A DNA stretch of 64,000 bases from Candidatus Beckwithbacteria bacterium GW2011_GWC1_49_16 (GTDB taxonomy: Bacteria > Patescibacteriota > Microgenomatia > UBA1400 > CG1-02-47-37). Position 1 is the first letter of the stretch; each line of letters starts with the position of its first letter. A program made the translations under genes and the position numbers. The DNA is taken from assembly GCA_001029675.1 (NCBI GenBank), contig CP011210.1, positions 320,193-384,192 of the forward strand, written 5' to 3'. The notes beneath the pieces were generated by a model. The model did not search any database. It was not told the DNA's origin and worked only from the letters and a program-made list of their open reading frames with translations. Positions 9,631 to 18,465 of this stretch are shown here, piece after piece.

Positions 9631-10501
9631 GGGTAGAGACGACTGGCTCAAGGTCGCCGGCGATAATTTTATCGAGAGCCTTCCAGGATTTGGCGATTCT
9701 ATGATCGGTAACCCGGTTTTGGGGAAAGTTGTAGGTCCTTATTTTTTCGGCCCGCATCCCCCGACCGATAATTGCCCTGGCGGCGGATTTTTGGGCGGCA
9801 ATTTTTTGTAGCTCACGTTGGTAGAGTTTGCTTCTCAACAAGTCCAAGGCAATTTTTCTATTTTGTTCCTGAAACCTTTGGGTTTGGCAGGAAGTAATAA
9901 TGCCGGTGGGCTTGTGGGTGATTCTGACAGCGGTGGAAACCTTTTGGACGTTTTGCCCGCCCTGGGAAGAGGCGTGGGTGAATTGAATGGTTAAGTCGCC
10001 CGGGTGGATGACGACCTCTTTTTCGCTTATTTCCGGCAGTACCGCTACCGTGGCGGTTGAGGTATGTAAGCGACCGTGGGCTTCGGTTTCCGGGATGCGT
10101 TGGACCCGGTGGACGCCGGCTTCAAACTGGAATAAAGTAGCGGTCTGTTTGCCTTTGATCTTGATGATGCCTTGATCAAGCTTGACTACGGCAAGACCCT
10201 GGGAGTTGGCAAAGCGGGTGTACATGTCTTCTAAATCAGCCGCCCAGATTTTAGCTTCTTCGCCGCCAGTACCGGGGCGGATTTCTATAATGACGTTGCC
10301 AGAGCGGGTAGTTGAGTCGATGGAATCTTCCTGGTTTATTTGAGGAGTTTGTTCGGCGGCAAGCAGGACTTGTTTTTGGGCCTGAAGTTTAGCCAGCTCT
10401 TCTTCAGCCAGAGGTGCCAGCTCTCGGTCGGCAAGTGACTTTTTGACGGCGGCAATTTTTTGATCGAGTCTGTCTATTTCCTGTTTTAGGTAGTCGGTCA
10501 T
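9593..10501 (-). CDS. prfA: Peptide chain release factor 1 (short N-terminal domain)
   Basis: [14 protein letters not shown] (PxT RF1 motif), [19 protein letters not shown]; follows rpmE. Confidence 0.92.
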   Translation of the reverse strand: MTDYLKQEIDRLDQKIAAVKKSLADRELAPLAEEELAKLQAQKQVLLAAEQTPQINQEDSIDSTTRSGNVIIEIRPGTGGEEAKIWAADLEDMYTRFANSQGLAVVKLDQGIIKIKGKQTATLFQFEAGVHRVQRIPETEAHGRLHTSTATVAVLPEISEKEVVIHPGDLTIQFTHASSQGGQNVQKVSTAVRITHKPTGIITSCQTQRFQEQNRKIALDLLRSKLYQRELQKIAAQKSAARAIIGRGMRAEKIRTYNFPQNRVTDHRIAKSWKALDKIIAGDLEPVVSTLTRQLPPASPSA

Positions 10502-10806
10502 TTAGCTTTTTTTTGCTGCTCGATCATCTCTCTTAAGGTTTGAGGCCTTTCCTCTTTTTGAGGTTGGTTCTGGTTTTTGGCTTTTTTGGTGTAGCCGGAC
10601 TTGGCGGCTTTTTGGCGGAGTTTTTCAAAGCGTTCGACCCGGCCCATGGTGTCGACGTACTTCATCTGTCCGGTGAAAAAAGGATGGCAGGCGGCGCAGA
10701 TTTCCACACGGATTTCCGGCTTGGTGGAGCCGGTGGTAAACTCGTTGCCGCAGGCACAGGTGACCTTGGCGTCAGAATAGTATTTGGGGTGGATGGCTGA
10801 TTTCAT
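10498..10806 (-). CDS. rpmE: 50S ribosomal protein L31 with C-terminal extension
   Basis: [32 protein letters not shown]. Confidence 0.96.
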   Translation of the reverse strand: MKSAIHPKYYSDAKVTCACGNEFTTGSTKPEIRVEICAACHPFFTGQMKYVDTMGRVERFEKLRQKAAKSGYTKKAKNQNQPQKEERPQTLREMIEQQKKAK

Positions 10807-10823
10807 GAGCTATGATTATATCT

Positions 10824-11741
10824 TCAAGCCTTTGGTTTGGCAAGGCGGCGGGGGCGAGATTCGCCTAAGAACACCCCAAGAAAAATGATGACCATTGCTA
10901 GAATTTGGGGCCAGGTGACTGATTCTTTTAGAAGTAAGAATGAAACGGGGATGGCAAAGACTCCGGTGAGATAAATAAACAGAGAGGCTTCGGAAGCCTC
11001 AATTAAATCCTGGCCTTTGATGTAAAAGGTGAGGGCAATAATGGAGCCGAAAAGGGCCATGTAGCCTGAAGCCAAAGCCACCGAGGGGGCTTTGAGCAAA
11101 GTGACCGAAGTAGACAGGCCGGCTTGGTTGAGCATGAAAAACAAGACTATCGCCGAGGCCAAGTAGCCCAAGCCGGTGACCATGAATTTGGGCTTGCCCT
11201 GATAGAATTTCTTGGCCACAAGGTAGTAGACGGCGATAAGCAGGTTGTGAGCCAGCACCAAGAGGTTGCCTAAAAAAGAAAAATTAATTTTTCCTATCCT
11301 GTTAGTTAAAAGCGGCTCGACGACCAAAAGGCCGGTACCAATTAGGGCTAAAGCCAGGCCGAGCCACTCCCGTCTTTCCTGTTTCTCTTTGAGAAAATAG
11401 ATGCCGCCAACGGTGATCAGTAACGGATAAGTGGCGGCAATCAGCGACGCTTCGATGGCCGAAGTTTGTTTGAGGCCGGAGTAGAGTAGGCCCAAAGAGA
11501 TGGGGGTGGCCAGAAGCTCGAGGGCGACAGAATAAAGGATAGTTTTAAGTGATGGTCGATGTTTTACCAGGAGGATTATCAAAAAGGGGAAAATGAGGAT
11601 GGAGGCGATGAGGTAGCGAAGGTAAAGAAACTGAAATGGGGAGACGAAGTTAAGCGAGGGTTTGACCAGGGGTAAAGCCGCGCCCCAAATGACAGCGTTG
11701 ACCAAAAGGAGTAAGTAGGCTTTTTTCCGGGCAGGAGTCAT
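10824..11741 (-). CDS. EamA/DMT-family transporter
   Basis: About 10 hydrophobic helices in two EamA repeats (IWG..., TSAIEASLI, ASEASLF); start probably ATG 11741. Confidence 0.88.
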   Translation of the reverse strand: MTPARKKAYLLLLVNAVIWGAALPLVKPSLNFVSPFQFLYLRYLIASILIFPFLIILLVKHRPSLKTILYSVALELLATPISLGLLYSGLKQTSAIEASLIAATYPLLITVGGIYFLKEKQERREWLGLALALIGTGLLVVEPLLTNRIGKINFSFLGNLLVLAHNLLIAVYYLVAKKFYQGKPKFMVTGLGYLASAIVLFFMLNQAGLSTSVTLLKAPSVALASGYMALFGSIIALTFYIKGQDLIEASEASLFIYLTGVFAIPVSFLLLKESVTWPQILAMVIIFLGVFLGESRPRRLAKPKA

Positions 11742-11745
11742 GGGT

Positions 11746-12987
11746 TTATTTGAGCCTGACGACGACTTGATCCAGGGTGAGGCTTTGTTGTTCACCGGTG
11801 GTCATGTCTTTGAGAGTAACTTTGTCGGCTTTAGCCTCGTCGGGGCCGATCATCAACACAAAAGGAATATTTTTGGCGGCAGCATATTTTAGTTGTTTAT
11901 CAAGATTTTCATCCTGAGGAAATATTTCCGTTTTAATGTCAGCAGTTCTCAATGTGTTGGCCAAGTTTAAAGATTTTCCTTCGTATCCCGGAAATATGGT
12001 AATCAGCGCTTTTATTACCGAAGTTGCTTTAGGGATTAGATTCATTTCAGAGGCGGCTTCAACCATTCGATCAAATCCGAAAGCAATACCTACCGCCGGC
12101 GTGTTTGTTCCACTTAGTTGATCAATCAGCTTATCGTAGCGACCGCCACCGCCTAGCGATCCCGATTCAAATTCCGGAATAATAACTTCAAAAATCATGC
12201 CGGTATAATAATCAAGTCCTCGGGCCAGATAGGGGATGAATTCGATTCTATCCTCAGGTACGCCAGAAGAGATGCTAAACCCAATAATTTTTTCTAGTTG
12301 TTTTGTCGGCCGAGCTTGTTTTAATAGGTTGTTTATTTTTTGAAACTGCTCTAGGGTTACTCCTTTCTTTTTTAACTCCATTTGTACCTGGTCAACAGTT
12401 TTTTTATCCAGTTTGTCAAGAGATTGAATCACTGAAAGTGATTTTTGTTCGGTTATCCCAGACTTTTTGATAACATCAAAAAGAATTTGCCGGTCGTTGA
12501 TACGTAGCGTCACGTTGGGAAAACCGACATTTTTAAAAGCGAAATAGGTACAAGCGATGATTTCGGTATCGGCCAACGGTGAAGTGGTGCCAAAGATATC
12601 AATGTCGCACTGAGTAAATTCCCGATATCTACCTTTTTGTGGTTTATCCGCCCGGTAAACATTTTGGAATTGATAGCGACGGAAATATTTGGGTAATTGA
12701 TTTTTGTACTGGGTTAAAACTCTGGCAGTGGGTACGGTTTGGTCATAACGGAGGCCAACTTCTCTGTTTCCCCGATCTTTAAAGATGTAAATCAACTTAT
12801 CAGCTTCCTTGCCATATTTTCCAAGTAATAAATCGGCGTATTCCAGAGTGGGAGTCTCTAGGGGTTCAAAGCCAAAAAGTTCAAAGGTTTGTTTAATTTT
12901 TTCCAGCACGAAATCCCGCTTTCTTTTTTCATTGGGTAAAAAGTCCCGAAAACCTTTTAGAGTCTGGGGCAGGTTTAGTTTAGCCAT
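11746..12987 (-). CDS. hisS: Histidine--tRNA ligase
   Basis: KGFRDF, LRYDQTVP, GRYREFTQ, ARGLDYYTG, GGGRYD, anticodon-binding domain. Confidence 0.97.
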   Translation of the reverse strand: MAKLNLPQTLKGFRDFLPNEKRKRDFVLEKIKQTFELFGFEPLETPTLEYADLLLGKYGKEADKLIYIFKDRGNREVGLRYDQTVPTARVLTQYKNQLPKYFRRYQFQNVYRADKPQKGRYREFTQCDIDIFGTTSPLADTEIIACTYFAFKNVGFPNVTLRINDRQILFDVIKKSGITEQKSLSVIQSLDKLDKKTVDQVQMELKKKGVTLEQFQKINNLLKQARPTKQLEKIIGFSISSGVPEDRIEFIPYLARGLDYYTGMIFEVIIPEFESGSLGGGGRYDKLIDQLSGTNTPAVGIAFGFDRMVEAASEMNLIPKATSVIKALITIFPGYEGKSLNLANTLRTADIKTEIFPQDENLDKQLKYAAAKNIPFVLMIGPDEAKADKVTLKDMTTGEQQSLTLDQVVVRLK

Positions 12988-13009
12988 AGAGTTATTTTAT
13001 CATTAAATT

Positions 13010-13690
13010 TTAAAAAGAGAGATCATTATTAAGTTTTTGCATCATGCAGCAGGCTATTCCTGGATAAAGTCCGGGAAACAAGGGGAAAAACTTGATGCCG
13101 TCAACGGAGGCTTCTTCAAAATCTTTGAATCCTTTGGGGTCAAGCCCTGATAATCTGCCGGTGACAATGAAAAACTGCTGAGGTTCTTGTCTGGTTTCTC
13201 CTTCAAAGAAAGAGTTTAAAACTTTTTCTAGATCTTGAGCCACTTGAGGTGAATTTTTTGGTCCGCATTGAATTTCTAAAGAGTTAGGGATGAATTGACA
13301 CAGTGGCCCGGTCGGTAAAAGCCCCGGCCACAAAACCACTTTACCGATATCAAGATTTTTTGCCAGTTCAATATTTTTCCAGTTAGGGTCGCCTAGAATG
13401 ATAAAAATACCACAGTCAGATTCCGCCCCATGAATGTCAATTACTTGCTGGTATTCACTGCCAGTTTGGATGAGGCGGAAAGCGAGTCTTTCTTCCAGTA
13501 ATTTAGAATCGGGATTGCCCGGACCAGATCGGTTAAGATCAGCCTCAAGGTAGCGCTGGTTTTCTGTCAGGGCTTGAGGATTGGCAACAATCGAATCGAA
13601 ATTAAATTTCGACTTTAACTTTTCCACGATTGGAATAGAAAAAGCTTCGTCGCCGTGTACGGCTGTTAAAATTAATGTTTCTTTTGTCAT
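13010..13690 (-). CDS. Succinylglutamate desuccinylase/aspartoacylase-family (M14-like) hydrolase
   Basis: HGDE, NP.A, RY..ADLNR, IDIH Zn motifs. Confidence 0.8.
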   Translation of the reverse strand: MTKETLILTAVHGDEAFSIPIVEKLKSKFNFDSIVANPQALTENQRYLEADLNRSGPGNPDSKLLEERLAFRLIQTGSEYQQVIDIHGAESDCGIFIILGDPNWKNIELAKNLDIGKVVLWPGLLPTGPLCQFIPNSLEIQCGPKNSPQVAQDLEKVLNSFFEGETRQEPQQFFIVTGRLSGLDPKGFKDFEEASVDGIKFFPLFPGLYPGIACCMMQKLNNDLSF

Positions 13691-13706
13691 ATTTGTTTTA
13701 TGTTTT

Positions 13707-14600
13707 CTAAAGGCGGGCTTGTTCTAGGATTAGAATATTTTTTTGGCAGGTAAGACCGGTGTTTTGGCGACTTTGGTAGCTGAAGCAAAAGATCATAGAG
13801 AGACCGTAGGTTTGTAATAGTGATAGAGATTGGTTAAAAGGGGTGAACCAACTTCCAGTTTCTGAATCGTCCTGTCCAAAGAAAGCATAACCCAGTCCCT
13901 CTGGCAGAATTTCCAAAATCGTATTCTTTATGCTTTGTAGCGCCTCAGAAGTTAGCCTATCTTTCAGTTCGGCCAGTCGGTAGACTTTCCGTAAATCATT
14001 TATTGATACTTTGTTATTAATTAAGTCGAGCAGCTCTTGGTATGGAATTAGTCTTAAGTCTGAGGTTTGGATGTTTTCACTTGAGGCTAGGGTGATTATG
14101 GCAATACCGCCTTTTCTTAAAATCGTGCTAGCTTCCTTGAGAATTAAGGGGCTGATAGCTAGAGGGTTATAGTTTAGTAGATAGTCTAAGACTACCAAGT
14201 CTTGACTATTATCTTTAATTTCGGTATTCGTCGCGTTTGTAAGAAGAGGAGTAATTGATGGAGATTTTCTTTCTCTTAAACTGGTGATTATCTGGTTATC
14301 AAAATCAACTACTCTTAGGTCTCGGCAGGGGACGTCTAGGCTGTTGGATATAAAACTGATCACTTGGTCTGGTTCTTCAGGCGTGCCGGTTCCTAACATG
14401 GTTACTGATATAGGGACTGTGAAGCGGTTTCTGAGTTTCTCAGACACCAGGGGTATGTTAGCAACGGTGGCCAAGCTGGCTCCGATGGGAGGATGATTGT
14501 TGAGCACCTCCTCGCTAGGGCCTTGTTGAAAAAAATCTTCTAAACCTTTTCGGTAAGTAATTCGAGTGAGTACCTCACGGCGAGACTCTGCTGGCAACAT
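13707..14600 (-). CDS. Divergent class I SAM-dependent methyltransferase-like protein
   Basis: VTMLGTGT (motif I-like), VVDFD, SQDLVVLDYLLNY, LRKGGIAIIT. Confidence 0.6.
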   Translation of the reverse strand: MLPAESRREVLTRITYRKGLEDFFQQGPSEEVLNNHPPIGASLATVANIPLVSEKLRNRFTVPISVTMLGTGTPEEPDQVISFISNSLDVPCRDLRVVDFDNQIITSLRERKSPSITPLLTNATNTEIKDNSQDLVVLDYLLNYNPLAISPLILKEASTILRKGGIAIITLASSENIQTSDLRLIPYQELLDLINNKVSINDLRKVYRLAELKDRLTSEALQSIKNTILEILPEGLGYAFFGQDDSETGSWFTPFNQSLSLLQTYGLSMIFCFSYQSRQNTGLTCQKNILILEQARL

Positions 14601-14601
14601 A

Positions 14602-15564
14602 CTAAGTTAACAGATTTAGTAGCAGGCGGTAGAACTTTTCTGCTTTTACTCCTGAAATAATTTTGACAGCTTTAGTTTTGGAGGGAATAAGTTTTGTTTG
14701 CCCTCTATTTTTACCAGCCAAGTTGACTTGAATTCTTCCCCGGTAGGTTTTAGTGACGATGTTTGGATCAATCATTGCGGCGCTGACTAAAGGGTCATAG
14801 TAACAGTTGAAGTCGTAGTTATTTTTAAGAATTAACTCTCTTATCACTAGGCTATTTTTTTTGGTCAGCCGTTTTTGTTTAAGGTTTTGATTAAACTGCT
14901 CTAATGTTTTTTTGAGTTGGTTTTTAACGAGGGGAACCATGGCTGGTACGTAAAGAGTGGCGTTTATTGGAATTATTGTGGTAGGTATTGATGAGTTAAA
15001 GATAATATCGGCAGCCTCTGGATCAAGGTAAAGATTATAGTCAAGAATGTCTTGGGAAAGCGGAGGGCCGGGCATGGATTTAAATGCGCCTCCCATTAAA
15101 ATTATTTGATCGACTTTAACAATTAATGTGTCACGGCACTTTTCTATAAGTGTGGCAATATTGGTGAGGGGGCCTAGGCAGACTAAGGTAATTTTCTGGC
15201 GTTCGCTTTTAATTAAGTCGGCAAGTTTATCGAGAGAGTTATAAACCAAGATTTTTGGAGAAGGGTCTTGAGGGAGGGGAATTTTTTCCAATAGTGTCAG
15301 CTTATTGGCTCTGACACGGTCGATTTTTGGAAATACAGCCTGCCAGTTTCTATTCATGGCTCTAGTTTTACCTTTTATGATAGGGATGGGGTTGTTTATA
15401 AAAGTGAGAATTCTGGCTAAGTTACTGGTACCCAAGTTGGTTTCAGAAACACCATAAACTGTACTAAATGCTTTTATGTTAAATTTTTTAGAAAGTTGTA
15501 GCATTAAGATAGCAATTAGATCGTCGTTGCCTACATCGGTGTCTATATAGATGGGTTTTTTCAT
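14602..15564 (-). CDS. Nucleoside hydrolase (IU-NH family)
   Basis: N-terminal IDTDVGNDD Ca-binding motif, LGPLTNIA, ILMGG, YN.YLDPEAA, YYDP. Confidence 0.88.
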   Translation of the reverse strand: MKKPIYIDTDVGNDDLIAILMLQLSKKFNIKAFSTVYGVSETNLGTSNLARILTFINNPIPIIKGKTRAMNRNWQAVFPKIDRVRANKLTLLEKIPLPQDPSPKILVYNSLDKLADLIKSERQKITLVCLGPLTNIATLIEKCRDTLIVKVDQIILMGGAFKSMPGPPLSQDILDYNLYLDPEAADIIFNSSIPTTIIPINATLYVPAMVPLVKNQLKKTLEQFNQNLKQKRLTKKNSLVIRELILKNNYDFNCYYDPLVSAAMIDPNIVTKTYRGRIQVNLAGKNRGQTKLIPSKTKAVKIISGVKAEKFYRLLLNLLT

Positions 15565-17276
15565 ATTTTCTTCATTTGCTCAAATGGCTGATCGTTATTT
15601 TTTGAGGCCTGAATTATTAGAGATGCGGCTCTATCTGAGTTGTCGTTGACAACTACCATATCGATGATTCCAGCCTCAAGCATGGCTTGAGCTTTTGAGG
15701 TAGTTATGTCTAGTTCTTGAAGGGAACGCTTCAATCGTGTGTCAACGTTTCCTTGATTTCTAGTAATTAGTCTATTTTTGAGTTCTCTGAGTGATGGGGG
15801 GAGAACAAGTACCAGCTTGGCTTGAGGAAGGAGTTTTTTAAGCTGGATAGCGTTATCGGTGCCTTCAAAAACGCAGAAAGCGTCGTTCGGAGTATTAGTT
15901 AGTTGGGTGATGATTTCTCTTTTTGTAACTCCATAGAGTTCGCCATTGGCCCGGTAGATTCCAGCGGTAAGCATTTCTCCGTTTCTCACTTGTTTTAAGA
16001 AATACTCTTTGGTTGTCGGTTGAATTCCTAAAATTTCTGCAGTATTTCTAGAAGGTCGAGTAGTTACCCTTTTAATCTGAGTTGAACCTGGTGCCTGATT
16101 GATAACTATTTGGGTTAAGGTAGTTTTACCTACCCCAGAGCTACCGAAGAGAATAATGACTTGTCCGGCTTTTTGGTTAAGTTCTTCTGGGAGCTCTGTA
16201 GGCGTTTGCGGTAGTTGCTCAAAGCCCTCGAGACTGAAAAGAATTTCTGTGCCTGACTGGAGAGTGATTAATGCTTCTGTTAGATAGTCAATAACGTTTT
16301 CCTCTTTTTCAGCCGCCCTGATTTGATTTGTAATGCTGGCCAACAAACCGTAGCCGGCGTCGGAGATATCTTGAAAAGTAAGGATCCTGCCAGATTTTTT
16401 TTGGATAGATTCTAAGAGTTTGAGGTTTGCCCAGATCACGCCTCGACTGAAAGGAATTAATGTTTCTGGAGGGATACTAGCTCCCGAACCGTCAGAGAAA
16501 GGGGCAAAGTAGGGAATAGTATAGTAAATGGCTTTTTCGTTTTTTGTCTCTAGGAAAAGTTTGCCGCCATCAAATCTTAAATCTCGACAGCAGACCCAAT
16601 CGAATATGTTCCTAACGGGCATAACTGCTTGATAGCCGGGAGTAATACCTGGAGAGCCAGTTTCAGTTTCTCGGTCGTATGGTCCTATACCACCATAAAA
16701 GCCCACAACTTCTAGACTTTGATTCTGAAAGATTTGAAGATATGCATTAAGGCAGCCTGGCCACCAACCGTCGTCAACAAGGATAATTTTGCTGTCGGTA
16801 CCCGTTTGGGTTATTTCTTCTGCCAGTATCTTGATTTGTTTTTCTAAAGAGGGCTCGCCTGGTCGGGGGCCGATGACTTCTCCGGCTGAATTGATTATTC
16901 TACCGATGCTTAAAATAGAGTAATCTTTCCCAGACTGTTGGTTGGGAGAAGAGATGAACCTATCAAGAACAACAACTCTGGCGTTTTGTTGTTTAGCATC
17001 AGCGACAGCCTGGTCAAGCAAAAAGGAGAGTTGTTGGTAGAAGGGCTTCTCGGCAACAGACACAATGGGAACTTTTTGTTTTTGGAAGGCAGCGGTTAGG
17101 GCATCTAAGATAGATAGGTTGAAAGCTTCAATGGCATCGTTGGGAATGTCAGCTTCAGTTAAACTGGGTATTTTAGTAATGGCGCCAAGGGTATCTTGAG
17201 TAAGCACGAAAGCCCCACCGGCCCAAAGAGCTTCAGGAGTAGATGTTAACTTTGAATAGGTTTTTAACTTTTCCAT
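15561..17276 (-). CDS. Fusion of a PRTase-like N-terminal region and a C-terminal guanylate-kinase-like domain
   Basis: IILVDDGWWPG resembles the PRPP-binding loop; C-terminal GSSGVGKTT, TTRPSR, ELYG, LPPSLRELKNRL..R, VVNDN typical of Gmk. Confidence 0.7.
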   Translation of the reverse strand: MEKLKTYSKLTSTPEALWAGGAFVLTQDTLGAITKIPSLTEADIPNDAIEAFNLSILDALTAAFQKQKVPIVSVAEKPFYQQLSFLLDQAVADAKQQNARVVVLDRFISSPNQQSGKDYSILSIGRIINSAGEVIGPRPGEPSLEKQIKILAEEITQTGTDSKIILVDDGWWPGCLNAYLQIFQNQSLEVVGFYGGIGPYDRETETGSPGITPGYQAVMPVRNIFDWVCCRDLRFDGGKLFLETKNEKAIYYTIPYFAPFSDGSGASIPPETLIPFSRGVIWANLKLLESIQKKSGRILTFQDISDAGYGLLASITNQIRAAEKEENVIDYLTEALITLQSGTEILFSLEGFEQLPQTPTELPEELNQKAGQVIILFGSSGVGKTTLTQIVINQAPGSTQIKRVTTRPSRNTAEILGIQPTTKEYFLKQVRNGEMLTAGIYRANGELYGVTKREIITQLTNTPNDAFCVFEGTDNAIQLKKLLPQAKLVLVLPPSLRELKNRLITRNQGNVDTRLKRSLQELDITTSKAQAMLEAGIIDMVVVNDNSDRAASLIIQASKNNDQPFEQMKKI

Positions 17277-17288
17277 ATTTTCTCCAGT

Positions 17289-17310
17289 AAAAAACCCCGC
17301 GGCTGCGGGG
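17289..17310 (-). terminator. Intrinsic terminator of a leader attenuator
   Basis: Minus strand CCCCGC-AGCC-GCGGGG followed by T6, ending 12 nt before the ATG at 17276. Confidence 0.85.
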
Positions 17311-17339
17311 GAGGGGATAACTATTTAATTATTAGGGAA

Positions 17340-17411
17340 TTAGCTATACCGCCCACAGCCACAGTCGGGAGGGGCGTGATGAACTTTGGTAGAAAAACCT
17401 TGTTTTATCAT
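17340..17411 (-). CDS. Putative attenuator leader peptide MIKQGFSTKVHHAPPDCGCGRYS
   Basis: ATG 11 nt after a -10 box; tandem His codons over segment 1; 3' part overlaps the antiterminator strand. Confidence 0.6.
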   Translation of the reverse strand: MIKQGFSTKVHHAPPDCGCGRYS

Positions 17412-17422
17412 GTTAACACGCT

Positions 17423-17450
17423 AATATACAGGAAAGTTTGGAGTTGTCAA
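17423..17450 (-). promoter_or_regulatory. Sigma70 promoter for the leader and nucleotide-enzyme operon
   Basis: TTGACA (17450-17445), 16 bp, TATATT (17428-17423). Confidence 0.6.
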
Positions 17451-17458
17451 GCGTCAAT

Positions 17459-17749
17459 TTATCTTTTGTTTGGGAAAAGACGGTTTAAGATGAGGCGGTA
17501 GCCGCCGCGACCACGGTGGAGCCAGTAGGCCACGCGGGTAACGGTAGTGGTGGAAGTTTTGGCAAGGCGAGCGATTTCTTGGTAAGGTTTACCTTGGTGC
17601 AGTAACCGGACAACCTTAAAACGGCTAGAGAAAGTGTCGATTTCCTGCGGGGTAAGAAGGTCCCTGAAAAAGGCTTTGGTCTCGGCGAGGTTTTTGAGCT
17701 TGAGAATTGCCTGGTAAAGAATTTTGGTGTCGGGCGATAAAGGATTCAT
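17459..17749 (-). CDS. TrpR-like YerC/YecD family regulator
   Basis: FFRDLLTPQEI..R..V..LL..G.PY.EIA....STTTVTRV...L..G.GGY. Confidence 0.9.
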   Translation of the reverse strand: MNPLSPDTKILYQAILKLKNLAETKAFFRDLLTPQEIDTFSSRFKVVRLLHQGKPYQEIARLAKTSTTTVTRVAYWLHRGRGGYRLILNRLFPNKR

Positions 17750-18465
17750 AGTTTAATGGTAGCAGACCTAAGGTCTTTGGGGAATTTGGTTAAGAGTCGG
17801 TAACCGGAGCGGGTTTTTAAAACCGTGTCTTCAATGCGGATGCCGAAGCGGTTTTTAAAATAAAGACCGGGTTCGACGGTAATCACATCGCCTGGTTTGA
17901 CTACTTGGTGTTTGGCTTTAGGGTTTAAACGGGGGAATTGGTGAATGGCTCGGCCGATGCCGTGACCCAGACCATGGATAAAGTGGCGGTCAAGGTTAAG
18001 CTTTTTAAAATAATGCCTAACCGTTTGGTCGACTTCAGCCCCGTTCACTCCGGGAGAGTCCTTGCGGCCACTCCCGGAGTGTCGGAGGTGATTTAGGGCA
18101 ATTTGCTGAGCGTGGAGCACCTGGCGGTAGGCTATAGCCCAGCTTGGCTGGGTTTTGCCGGCAAAGAACATTCTGGTGGCGTCGCTACAATAGCCGCCTA
18201 CTTTGACGCCAATGTCGATCATGACAATTTGGTTTGTAGTGAGTTTGCGGTTGGTGGGGCGGTGGTGAATGTTAGCCGTGTGGTTTCCGAAAGCGACGAT
18301 GGTGGGAAAGGCAAAGCCTTGGGCGCCAGACTTTTTTAAAAAGCGATTGATTTGGCGTTTAATTTGTTGCTCGGTTTTACCTGGAGTAAGGAGTGGTTTG
18401 ATAAAGTAAAGCGCTTGGTCCAGAAGCCGACAGGAGGCGGCAATCGAAGTTAGCTTACTCGTCAT
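17746..18465 (-). CDS. M24 metallopeptidase (Xaa-Pro aminopeptidase catalytic domain only)
   Basis: IDIG, YCSD.TR, HGLGHGIG, TVEPGLY, GIRIED metal ligands. Confidence 0.9.
   Translation of the reverse strand: MTSKLTSIAASCRLLDQALYFIKPLLTPGKTEQQIKRQINRFLKKSGAQGFAFPTIVAFGNHTANIHHRPTNRKLTTNQIVMIDIGVKVGGYCSDATRMFFAGKTQPSWAIAYRQVLHAQQIALNHLRHSGSGRKDSPGVNGAEVDQTVRHYFKKLNLDRHFIHGLGHGIGRAIHQFPRLNPKAKHQVVKPGDVITVEPGLYFKNRFGIRIEDTVLKTRSGYRLLTKFPKDLRSATIKL
18046..18081. repeat. Palindromic element within the peptidase coding sequence
   Basis: Perfect 11-bp inverted repeat CACTCCGGGAG/CTCCCGGAGTG around a 14-nt loop containing ccGCAAgg on the coding strand. Confidence 0.75.

Noticed and set aside
17344-17410. 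Trp leader peptide (RLWLWAV*) in another frame, suggested by the TrpR-like neighbour
   Set aside because: That frame has an upstream TAA and no ATG/GTG/TTG start, and its Trp codons overlap the antiterminator strand, which is the wrong geometry
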